Positions 1-8,901 of a stretch of DNA of 64,000 nt are shown piece after piece. The position numbers and the translations under genes are program-made. Origin of the DNA: Opitutales bacterium (GTDB lineage Bacteria; Verrucomicrobiota; Verrucomicrobiia; Opitutales; JABSRG01); NCBI GenBank assembly GCA_049599475.1, contig JBMYOQ010000003.1, positions 32,001-96,000 of the forward strand. The letters are read 5' to 3'. The notes beneath the pieces are model-generated. The model saw nothing but the letters and a program-made list of their open reading frames with translations. It had not been told where the DNA came from and did no database searches. How positions within the stretch are numbered: position 1 is the first letter of the stretch; the number at the start of each line of letters is the position of its first letter.

Positions 1-21
1 CTATCGAACTTCCGCAGGCTT

Positions 22-1254
22 TCAACCCGTTACTTCAGACAGGTTTGCCTTCAGCCTCAGTCGGACGAAATCACGATAATTTTCAGCAGGTTCGGTCTCG
101 GCGGCCCATGATTCCCAGTTTGAGACGGCCTCCACAGTTTGATCGATTATCTCTGCTATCCGTGCCTTCTTTATCATAAAGTCCTGACCCACTTCGACCA
201 GGTCACGGATTTTCAGCCCTACCCGTTTACCACCGAGCGTCATCCAGGGCCCGCCGAGATCGTTCTCTGTAAACATCAGGTCGTATGCGGGCGAAACGGA
301 CCAAGTTCGCTGCTCATGCGAATAGACAAATGAGAAATTCTTGGCGTGATCATCATGGTTGTGTGCAAGGACATTGAACACCATTCGCGCAAACTGTTCC
401 TCCACTGCCAGCTGACTCTGGGTAAGCGCATAGGTCGTTTCCAAGAGTTCGATATAGTCATTCTGCGTGCTCCTGAAATCGAGTTGCCTGAGACCCGCAT
501 AAGTGTGCGTGTGTATACGCAGATTCGGATTATCAATGGCTCGATCGAAGCGTTCTACGGCGAAGTGCATTTCTCCCTGACGATCTGAGACGAGTCGCGA
601 CTGTGGCACCCGGATACCCGAGGCTTCCGCCATCCGAGAATAAGCACGCTCTATCGCACCTGCGGAGTCCCTCTGATGTGTCAGCTTCAGCAACCACGCA
701 CGCATCCCTTCAGGAATGTGGTCTGTGCCCGTGACGATTCGCCGCGTCTCAGAGTCCATAGCAACCAGCAATTTGGGGCGCGCTCCGCCTGCCGTGCCAC
801 CAGAGACTACAAAGGACCTGTTCAGCACGCCGGCATGCTCTTTTTCCACGATCTTACGTGCAGAATCCACAGCTGCCGAGATGTCGACCCATTCCTGCGC
901 ATCCGCAAATCCGTCGCTTGGTTCATAGCTCAACGCGCCCATGGTACGGCTACCTTGATAGGCTAATAATCCCACTTGAGACGGCATTGGGCGGCCTTCC
1001 TGCAAAAACCGCTGCCGGATAACATCCATCCCGAAGGAATCCGGCAATGAATCCACAAACAGTCCTGGGATGGTATTGCCGGCCCAATCAAACGGCCCAT
1101 ACACCTCTCGACTCAAACCAAGGTTCAGCGGCGAAAGCTCATGTTTTTCCCTAAGAAAGAGGACATCATACTGAAAGTAGATACCCCGATCCGTCTCCGC
1201 GATCTGCCCAATCCGTTGGCCTTGGTAGAGTACGTTGAGTCTAAGCGTCGACAT
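22..1254 (-). CDS. hipA: HipA-family Ser/Thr kinase toxin (type II toxin-antitoxin)
   Basis: N-terminal couple_hipA-like region (DSLPDSFG), GGARPK, AVERFDR, DDHAKNFS and SPAYDL motifs; overlaps the upstream XRE gene by 14 bp. Confidence 0.92.
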   Translation of the reverse strand: MSTLRLNVLYQGQRIGQIAETDRGIYFQYDVLFLREKHELSPLNLGLSREVYGPFDWAGNTIPGLFVDSLPDSFGMDVIRQRFLQEGRPMPSQVGLLAYQGSRTMGALSYEPSDGFADAQEWVDISAAVDSARKIVEKEHAGVLNRSFVVSGGTAGGARPKLLVAMDSETRRIVTGTDHIPEGMRAWLLKLTHQRDSAGAIERAYSRMAEASGIRVPQSRLVSDRQGEMHFAVERFDRAIDNPNLRIHTHTYAGLRQLDFRSTQNDYIELLETTYALTQSQLAVEEQFARMVFNVLAHNHDDHAKNFSFVYSHEQRTWSVSPAYDLMFTENDLGGPWMTLGGKRVGLKIRDLVEVGQDFMIKKARIAEIIDQTVEAVSNWESWAAETEPAENYRDFVRLRLKANLSEVTG

Positions 1255-1492
1255 CGTCTAGCGAACTATACTTGGGCTCTGGGAACACTGCTTTGAGAGC
1301 CTCTACATCTCCCAGCAGACCCACAATACGGAGAAAATTGTCGAAAGAGCCCTCGCCTTGTCGCTCAAGCTTCTTGTATGTCGACAAAGGGATGCCAGAG
1401 CGTACTGACATCTCCTCTTGCGACCACGTCTTCCGCTTTCGCGCCGCCTTTATCGCAGCGGTGAGTTGCTTCTTAACTCTCCCAGGGTGCAT
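1241..1492 (-). CDS. XRE/HipB-like HTH antitoxin
   Basis: HTH pattern IKAARKRKTWSQEEMSVRSGIPLSTYKKLE; sits directly upstream of hipA. Start taken at the ATG at 1492 rather than 1528. Confidence 0.85.
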   Translation of the reverse strand: MHPGRVKKQLTAAIKAARKRKTWSQEEMSVRSGIPLSTYKKLERQGEGSFDNFLRIVGLLGDVEALKAVFPEPKYSSLDDVDA

Positions 1493-1495
1493 TTG

Positions 1496-1552
1496 GCTAA
1501 TATAATAGCTAAACCATCCATATTTCAAGATAATTAGCTAATATAATAGCTA
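1496..1552. promoter_or_regulatory. Duplicated putative antitoxin operators
   Basis: Exact 16-bp direct repeat GCTAATATAATAGCTA at 1496-1511 and 1537-1552. The second copy extends to TAGCTA-N6-TAGCTA with palindromic half-sites. Immediately upstream of the XRE start. Confidence 0.75.
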
Positions 1553-1615
1553 TTAAAGAACAAAGGATAACCGTAAGCACCATTCCAGCTACTCGGTTTC
1601 CCGCCCGGGATAAGC

Positions 1616-4600
1616 CTATTCTACTGTGATCAACTGCTCAGGTAAGGTATCTCCAACGAAGGATTCAGATCCCTTATCGGCAGCCAGCATTCCCAGACGA
1701 ATTCGATAGGTTCCGGGGGTCTCGGGAGCCAAGAATTGCTGAGTAAAGGTGTAGGACTGCCCAGGCTCAACCGAAGTGGATACCGTGGATACCCACGCAG
1801 ACTGAGCCATCAACTGATCGGAGCCTTTCATAAGGAGCTCAAATTCACTAAACTGCAGAGACTCTCCGCTGCGATTCTGGACTGTAAGCTTGTAAGTACT
1901 GAAGGACTGCGTGTTCGGTAAATTGAAGATTTTGCGCTGCCCCCGATTCTCGAAAACGACCCCACTCTGCTGATCGATTTGAATCCAAGACTCACCATCA
2001 TTCGAGCCTTCCAGAGTCCACGCGAATGGATCTGCCTGGGTACCGCCACCGCCCAGCTCCACGAGAGATAAATCGTCAATAAACACGGAACCAATCAACT
2101 GATTCGCACGTAAGCGCAATGTAAGCGCTTCGGGGTTCTTCTGCTTCCGATCATCATCCACCACGGCAGTGTTGAAAACTCCGCGGAAGAGCGTCCACTC
2201 AGTCGGCTGACCTCCATGCTTGACCCACTGGCAAGTGCGGTCGAATACGTCGTTTGTATCCAGTACAAAAGAGCCTTGGGTATCCGGAGCATTGCGCATC
2301 CAAAAACTGAGTACGTAATCCGTATCAGGCTTCAGGCCTGGTATCGTAATTGTCGAGTTTCCGGTGTTTTTACCGTCCATGCTACGGATCACGAGGGATG
2401 CTTTTCCAGAAAACGCATCTTCGGTGGTGATACTGGCCTTGCGCAACTCCCAGCCTTCGACTCCATTTTCAAAGGAGCCTGTATCAATCATTTCAGGACC
2501 CGGACCCGCCTCAGGCGTATTCGTGATCGCATACTGATCAACAGGGAAACCGGACTCCGGGAAATGATACTTGACCCATGCAGTCGAGTTTTTCGTGAGA
2601 TATTTGGTGGATTTCTGATTATCGAATAGCTTGCTGGCATCCTCTTGAGGAATGCTATCACTGTGCTGAGAGGTCACATATGTCCCATGTTGCAAAGTCT
2701 GATCTACGACTTTTACGGCATCTCTGAGAAAAACAGGAGAATCCGCACCCCAAGCCTGGGTCCCGCTATTTGCATATTTTGCCTTTAGGGTAAACGTCTC
2801 GCCAGCTTTGACGGATTCGGGGACATCCACACTCACAAAGGTAGAATCAACAATTCCGATTTCCGGAGCGTTCTCAGTCACTTCGATTCGAAGATTCTTA
2901 GACATCTCGCCAAACCATCCTGCACCCACCATTTGCCACTGGAAATTATAAATTCCGGATTCCATAGGAGCCTGCATGACTCGACTGAAGGTAACAGTCT
3001 CGCCAGATTCTGCGATCTGCCAATCATCCAAAGGTATACGGTTACTCCCCCAGGTTCGATTGTCCTTGGTATTCTCGCTTCCCAGGGTGAAACCATTGGC
3101 CTTAGTCCAAGGCTCTGAAGTGACAGTGCTTGCGTTTTTGAAAGTGAGGCTCACCGCGAATTTAGCGCCTGGGCGTATTCCGTTGAGCTCCGGCTCTCCT
3201 TGAAGCACCTGCTCCACGAAGGTCGCATTATACGACGGCAAGGGCATGGCCTCTTCACAGTGTTCAATCGCGATGCGGTAAGGCTCGCCAAGGTGCTCAG
3301 CCAGAGTCTCCCCAAAGTATCCTTCCGACTCGTGCACCATTTTGAGATTGTAGGGAAAATCAGTCGATGTCGGTTCTTCGCGGCCAGCATAGCCAATCCG
3401 CACAGGAAACAGTTCCATATTGAACACATAACTTTCGCCAGGGTTCACCACGACGCCTTGAGGCAGATAGCTCCGCGCCAGTCCCAGAGTAATATCCTCC
3501 CCCACTGTTGAAAGTCCGATACGTTTGGGATTTTCCGGAGTATTCATCCACGCGAGGTCTCCTGTGTTTTTCACTTCGACTGCGACAGAAACACGCTCCC
3601 CCTGAGCAAGTGAATCCGGTAATTCAGAGACCGATACTATTTCTGCATTCTCGTCTAATGGCTGCCATTCAAGAGCAGCGATCACACGATCATACATGTC
3701 CTTAGCGTCCGCGTAATTACCGGTCTCCAACAATGATTCTGTATCAAAGACAGTGATTCGGTCGCGCCAACGTGCGTTGCGAAAGCCTTGCAGCTGATGC
3801 GTTTTCACACTCCCAAACTTACCGACAAACTCCTCTGTCTCCATCAAATTACGTTTAAATAAATCACCATACATCTTGTAAGCCTCATTGATGATCGTTT
3901 CGGGCTTTGGATCGACCATGAATGCGTTGGTATCACGCTCCAACTCTTCAGCAGTTGGCGCGCGTCCAAGCATTTCAAGGTAAGATGCCACCACCATATC
4001 ACGGGCTTCCTCGATCGTGTATTCGTAGTAGTGATACTTTTCACCAGTCTGAGGCGTACCATTGTGGAACAAATAGTGTTCAATTACTTTTTGGTTTGGA
4101 ACAAACTCAGACTGAATTTCGCTCCCCTCCGCGACCATAACACTCTCTGGATTGTAGATAAAGGCAGCCGCCGGATCTGGAGAGTTATCATTATCCGAGG
4201 TACCACGCCCTACTCCCGAATGCGTCGCGATAGAGCGATTTCCGTAGAAATTGATATTCTTCACATAATCCATCACGAAGCCATAGCCAAAGGAATCGCC
4301 CTCGAGAATATTGTTGCGGATAACGCCTCCTCCAAAATCAAAGACCGCAGGGCCCGCACGCTTCCATATACGATTCCCCATAGGCATCCCTATTTGGATC
4401 CGACAGCCCGAAGCGATGATACGGTTATCCTCGATAATATTGTTCCGGTAGTCATACAACTTCAGCTCTTTCCCAAACGTCGTATCTGTCCCGATATAAC
4501 GGTGCGCGGAATCATCCACAAAATTGAGCCCACCGTGATTGTCGCGGGAAAAATTCAGAATCAGATTATCATGCACATGGGATCCTGGGGCACCGAATAA

Positions 4601-6448
4601 CACCATGCCGACATCTGTGCAGTCCATGATGAAGTTGTGTCGCGCGATCACCTTTGTCGCACTGATGCTAAATCCATCAGACCACCCTACTTTTGTCGAT
4701 GCGGAGATTCCGACTCCATTTTGATCGACGTACTTTCCGCTACCACGCGGATCATCACCAGCACCAAGCACATAATTGTGTTCCACGATATGGCTATGCG
4801 AGCCGCCCGATTCCACGAGATGGCACGTCGACCAGGTACGGGCATTAAACAAGATATTTCGTTTCACCCACACGCCTTCGCAATGAGAGAAAAAGACCAT
4901 GGCTCCCTGAGCTTCACCCGGCTGCACACTCTTCTGCCCTAGGACGTACTTATTGCCGTTGACCATGACGCTATCCAGGTGGATATAGCTCTGCTTATTA
5001 CCGTTGATCAAGGTATCGTAATCGCCCTGATCGATATTTTGACGGATCATTGCATAGTCTCCAAAAAACAGAGCATCCATCGTAGCGATACGTTGATAAG
5101 TCGCCTTGTAATTCAGGGTTCGACTCGTATCGTAGATTTCCCCCTTTTCCAGAAGGAGGTCGTTTCCACTATCCAAAACGCTTTGTAAATCAGTCCCCAC
5201 AGGCACCGCGCCATCGATGCGCGCATAACGCGTAAAGCGATCCCCCATCACTGGCTCATGCAGACTCTGTGCAGAAAAGTAAAACGGCTCCTCTTTCGAC
5301 GCGAGGGGTTTCGCTTTAGTCCCCAAGAGACCCGAGCTTATTAGCTCATGATGGCGCATTGCGCCGTCACCCCAGGTTACCAAAATATCCGTTTTCCCAT
5401 TACCACTAAAATCACCAACAGTATAAACATTCTGATCGCGATGCTTGATGCCTTTTCTCAGGATGGTCTTTCGCTTCAATCCGCTACCGGCAGAAAGCAT
5501 TTGTTCAAAATAGACCCTCCCGGAGTCGTCCCACATCCGCGCAATATCGACTCGAGAGTCACCATCAAAATCCCCTGTGAACCAGCGGTGATCTCTTACA
5601 AACGGAAATGCTTGCGAGAGCCAAGATTTGCGCTCAAGCCCTCCATCAGTCAGAACGAAGATATCAAAGCTTACAGCATCACTATCATTCCATAGTGCTG
5701 CGAGTTCCGCACGGCCATCGCCATCAAAATCCTCGGCGAGCCACTTCATAGATAAGATTCGCGCTTCATCTGAAGCATATACAGGTACATTCGCGTCCGA
5801 AGTGATGAGGTCCACGGAGATGGTAGGCCCTGCATTCACGACTACGAAATCGTCCCCAGGCTCGGTATCGAACCCACCTGTTAACCAGACATCATCAGCA
5901 TTAAATTCCCCCTGCTGATCCATCCACTTCTTCGGAGCAGAAAAAGACTGCCCTTCCGAGTAATATACGAAGACCGACCGTTTTCCCTCTTCACTAAAAA
6001 CGCGGGCAATATCTGTCTTAGCATCTCCATTAAAATCACCTTTAAACCACTGAGATGCGTATGAAAAATCTCCCAATTGTTTCGCCCATGTAGATTGCTC
6101 GATCTCACCTGCACGATTCAATGAAAAGACATCGATCGTAGCCCGTCCAGCATCGTCCCGGAGAACCGCGGCATCCGATTGCCCATCCCCGTTAAAGTCT
6201 CCGTATAACCATCGTTGAGACTGGCGATAGCTCATGGCTTCGCTTGAATACTCGATGTCTTCGAATTTCGCTTTGTCGGAGAGATGCCAAGACATCTCCA
6301 GAGCACCTGCTTGTTCCCATACATAAGCGACATCAGCTTTGCCGTCGCCGTCGAAATCGGGAGCTCCGTAGGTCTGCGCCCATGTATTCGCGATGCCTAA
6401 TGAAGCCACGAGCGGGAGGGTAATTGATTGAATGGATGGAGTTTTCAT
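1616..6448 (-). CDS. Large secreted multidomain glycan-active protein (FG-GAP/VCBS repeats, right-handed beta-helix, NBR1-like Ig domains, F5/8-type C and CBM4/9-like modules)
   Basis: Signal peptide after MKTPSIQ; repeated GDFxGDGxxD motifs; Asn-ladder beta-helix (WSDGFSIS...DCTDVGMVLFGAPGS); VKNTG..W / PGE..TF / AP..PG.Y Ig signatures; WTLEGSNDG; GSFENG...FIDDLSL. Confidence 0.8.
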   Translation of the reverse strand: MKTPSIQSITLPLVASLGIANTWAQTYGAPDFDGDGKADVAYVWEQAGALEMSWHLSDKAKFEDIEYSSEAMSYRQSQRWLYGDFNGDGQSDAAVLRDDAGRATIDVFSLNRAGEIEQSTWAKQLGDFSYASQWFKGDFNGDAKTDIARVFSEEGKRSVFVYYSEGQSFSAPKKWMDQQGEFNADDVWLTGGFDTEPGDDFVVVNAGPTISVDLITSDANVPVYASDEARILSMKWLAEDFDGDGRAELAALWNDSDAVSFDIFVLTDGGLERKSWLSQAFPFVRDHRWFTGDFDGDSRVDIARMWDDSGRVYFEQMLSAGSGLKRKTILRKGIKHRDQNVYTVGDFSGNGKTDILVTWGDGAMRHHELISSGLLGTKAKPLASKEEPFYFSAQSLHEPVMGDRFTRYARIDGAVPVGTDLQSVLDSGNDLLLEKGEIYDTSRTLNYKATYQRIATMDALFFGDYAMIRQNIDQGDYDTLINGNKQSYIHLDSVMVNGNKYVLGQKSVQPGEAQGAMVFFSHCEGVWVKRNILFNARTWSTCHLVESGGSHSHIVEHNYVLGAGDDPRGSGKYVDQNGVGISASTKVGWSDGFSISATKVIARHNFIMDCTDVGMVLFGAPGSHVHDNLILNFSRDNHGGLNFVDDSAHRYIGTDTTFGKELKLYDYRNNIIEDNRIIASGCRIQIGMPMGNRIWKRAGPAVFDFGGGVIRNNILEGDSFGYGFVMDYVKNINFYGNRSIATHSGVGRGTSDNDNSPDPAAAFIYNPESVMVAEGSEIQSEFVPNQKVIEHYLFHNGTPQTGEKYHYYEYTIEEARDMVVASYLEMLGRAPTAEELERDTNAFMVDPKPETIINEAYKMYGDLFKRNLMETEEFVGKFGSVKTHQLQGFRNARWRDRITVFDTESLLETGNYADAKDMYDRVIAALEWQPLDENAEIVSVSELPDSLAQGERVSVAVEVKNTGDLAWMNTPENPKRIGLSTVGEDITLGLARSYLPQGVVVNPGESYVFNMELFPVRIGYAGREEPTSTDFPYNLKMVHESEGYFGETLAEHLGEPYRIAIEHCEEAMPLPSYNATFVEQVLQGEPELNGIRPGAKFAVSLTFKNASTVTSEPWTKANGFTLGSENTKDNRTWGSNRIPLDDWQIAESGETVTFSRVMQAPMESGIYNFQWQMVGAGWFGEMSKNLRIEVTENAPEIGIVDSTFVSVDVPESVKAGETFTLKAKYANSGTQAWGADSPVFLRDAVKVVDQTLQHGTYVTSQHSDSIPQEDASKLFDNQKSTKYLTKNSTAWVKYHFPESGFPVDQYAITNTPEAGPGPEMIDTGSFENGVEGWELRKASITTEDAFSGKASLVIRSMDGKNTGNSTITIPGLKPDTDYVLSFWMRNAPDTQGSFVLDTNDVFDRTCQWVKHGGQPTEWTLFRGVFNTAVVDDDRKQKNPEALTLRLRANQLIGSVFIDDLSLVELGGGGTQADPFAWTLEGSNDGESWIQIDQQSGVVFENRGQRKIFNLPNTQSFSTYKLTVQNRSGESLQFSEFELLMKGSDQLMAQSAWVSTVSTSVEPGQSYTFTQQFLAPETPGTYRIRLGMLAADKGSESFVGDTLPEQLITVE

Positions 6449-6549
6449 GAGATTAAAGAGATGTGTCTGTCGATTTGCATAAGTAACGCGGCTCACCGAG
6501 AGGGTTCGCCCTAAGTATAATCGAAGAGGAAGTTACATATTCGAAAGCC

Positions 6550-7629
6550 TTACGGTTTGGGTGGGAATGCCAGGACAAGCTCCATTCCATTATTGCTTTC
6601 TAAACAAAGCTCTCCAGCTTTAGCAGGAACAAAGAAACGTTCGCCCTCAGAGACAGAGAGACAGGTGCTTTCATACATGATAGTTCCCGACCCTGAAGTA
6701 ACAATTCCGATACAGAAGGATTCGAATGTGCGCTTAAATGTCCCTTGAACCTTCAAGCGATTCACACGAAAACAGCTTGTTTTACGTTCATCGATCAGGA
6801 TCGATTCGACGCTCTCCCCCTGCTGATCTAGAACTTCCGGTTCACAGAAAAAGCGCTCCTTTAGTTGATCGACCGTCACTGGATTATAGTCAAACATTGT
6901 GAGCGCAAAATCCACACCGCGATCCATAAAACGAGCTGACTCCGGAAGCACATAGCCACCACGCTCAAATTCGATCCTTACCACGAGGTCGGAAGGCTCC
7001 ATGATCTCTATCATAAACACCCCCTCACCTATCGCGTGTGGCATACCACCGGGCACCAGGAACACATCTCCAACCTGAACAGGCACCTTATCGAAACACG
7101 CCAGCATCGACTCTATATCTTGCTCTTCGATGATGCGCTTAAACTCGCCTTTCTCAGGAGGCCGTTGGAAGCCCATGTAAATGTAGGGATCTACCACTTC
7201 ATCGCGGAAACCGAGTATCACATAGGCTTCGGTTTTACCGTGATTACTATTCAAATACTTCTTGGCGAAGGGTATCGTGGGATGACACTGGATGTGCAGA
7301 CGTATAGCAGAATCTAAAAATTTCACGAGATAACCCGTGGAATTTCCATACTTTGCGACATGCTCAGCTCCCAGTATTGCATCGGGATGGCTTTCGCAGA
7401 GAGTTTTAAGAAAAGTAGTCTCTCCCTCGATACTCACAGACGCAAGGCCCTCATCCTTTAACGCCTCGCGCCCAATATTCTTGGCCTGCGTCGTAGACCC
7501 AATCCAATCCTCCGGAAAGTGAGCATCTTCGGGCACAGCCTTTCCCTCCATGGCATCCAAAGTTTTACCTCCAGAATAGGTCCGCCAAACTCTATTTGGC
7601 GGCAGCTTAATGACATCAGGAATATTCAT
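6550..7629 (-). CDS. Class I mannose-6-phosphate isomerase-like cupin
   Basis: PEDWIGS, VKFLD..RLHIQCHP, GKTEAY and PGGMPHAIG motifs; ATG at 7629 abuts the transporter stop at 7631. Confidence 0.8.
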   Translation of the reverse strand: MNIPDVIKLPPNRVWRTYSGGKTLDAMEGKAVPEDAHFPEDWIGSTTQAKNIGREALKDEGLASVSIEGETTFLKTLCESHPDAILGAEHVAKYGNSTGYLVKFLDSAIRLHIQCHPTIPFAKKYLNSNHGKTEAYVILGFRDEVVDPYIYMGFQRPPEKGEFKRIIEEQDIESMLACFDKVPVQVGDVFLVPGGMPHAIGEGVFMIEIMEPSDLVVRIEFERGGYVLPESARFMDRGVDFALTMFDYNPVTVDQLKERFFCEPEVLDQQGESVESILIDERKTSCFRVNRLKVQGTFKRTFESFCIGIVTSGSGTIMYESTCLSVSEGERFFVPAKAGELCLESNNGMELVLAFPPKP

Positions 7630-7630
7630 T

Positions 7631-8899
7631 TTACAATTGTCCAAGAAGTTTAAAGAGCCCTTGAAGCCCCATCCAGGTGGTGACACAGGAAAACAGGAGA
7701 ATCGCGACCAGGATAACATTCGTCCTCATATTGTTTTTATGCTCCCCCATGATACTCTCACGATTCGCCACATAGAGAATACACAGCACGGTAGCGGGCA
7801 GCAGAAATGAGTTGAACGCCTGTGAGATAATCATCACCAAGACCGGGCGCGCGTCAAAGATCGGCACAACAAGGCCGAGCAGCGAAATTAGCAATACAAC
7901 CACTCGGTATTGAAGGAGTGTCATATCTCGCTTCGAATCCCGGTAATCACAGATAAGCCACGGGAGGAGCAAAACATTTGGAAACTGTGAAGAAACACCG
8001 GCAGAAATAATCCCGATAGCGAAAATCGCGGTCGCTAAACTACCTGCGACTGGTTCTAACAAAGAAATCATCTGAGATGCCTTTTCTAAGCCGATGCCAC
8101 TGGCATAGAGCGTTCCTGCGGCAGCTGCCATAATAGCACCACTAATAAGAAACATCAGGCTCGCCGAAACTGCTGCGTCCAAGCGTTGCTGCTTGAGGTC
8201 CTTGAGCGTCCAGCCAGCTTCTTTTACCAAAGTTGTCCGGATAATGAAGAGCCCTGGAAACACGGTCGTACCCACCATGGAGGCGATCACCAGAAAAGCG
8301 CTTTGCCCCGAAGCTTCATCCACATTAGGCACGTTTGGAATCAGTCCTTGGATAATCGATACAGGCGAAGGCATCATAATGAAGAAATTCACCAAAAAGC
8401 ACAGCGCCATGACCGCTACTATGACGGCTAGCACGCGCTCAAAGATCTTGGTCTTACCGTTCCAAAAAATGAAATATACGAGCGCCACGAAAAAGCCCGC
8501 AAAGTATATGGGCTTAATACCCCCATCGACCATTGTCTTCGACCACTCGTAGCATATATCGGCGACGATCCCCATGACGCCCATAACACTCCCGCATACA
8601 CCAAAACCTAGACCGACGACAAAAAAGAGACCGACGACTGGGTGGATGTGTTTTCGGAAAGCGGCCAAGGCAGTCTCACCTGTGACCAATGTAAACTTCC
8701 CGTAGAGCCCAATCAAAAAATAGGTGGTCAGACAGGACGCTAAAATTGTCCACAATAGAGACATTCCATAAGTTGCTCCGGCCTTTGCCATGGCGGTCAC
8801 ACTGCCCGTCCCTATATTGAATCCGAGCAAGAATATTCCCGGGAGAAAGATGGCGATCATTTTTCCAATGCGTTCGCCGATTGTAGGAGTATCAGACAT
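7631..8899 (-). CDS. NRAMP-fold membrane transporter (non-canonical)
   Basis: About 11 hydrophobic segments; NRAMP-like N-terminus (PGI..G..IG.G......AGA.YG.SLLW) but lacks the DPGN metal motif. Confidence 0.75.
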   Translation of the reverse strand: MSDTPTIGERIGKMIAIFLPGIFLLGFNIGTGSVTAMAKAGATYGMSLLWTILASCLTTYFLIGLYGKFTLVTGETALAAFRKHIHPVVGLFFVVGLGFGVCGSVMGVMGIVADICYEWSKTMVDGGIKPIYFAGFFVALVYFIFWNGKTKIFERVLAVIVAVMALCFLVNFFIMMPSPVSIIQGLIPNVPNVDEASGQSAFLVIASMVGTTVFPGLFIIRTTLVKEAGWTLKDLKQQRLDAAVSASLMFLISGAIMAAAAGTLYASGIGLEKASQMISLLEPVAGSLATAIFAIGIISAGVSSQFPNVLLLPWLICDYRDSKRDMTLLQYRVVVLLISLLGLVVPIFDARPVLVMIISQAFNSFLLPATVLCILYVANRESIMGEHKNNMRTNVILVAILLFSCVTTWMGLQGLFKLLGQL

Positions 8900-8901
8900 A
8901 G

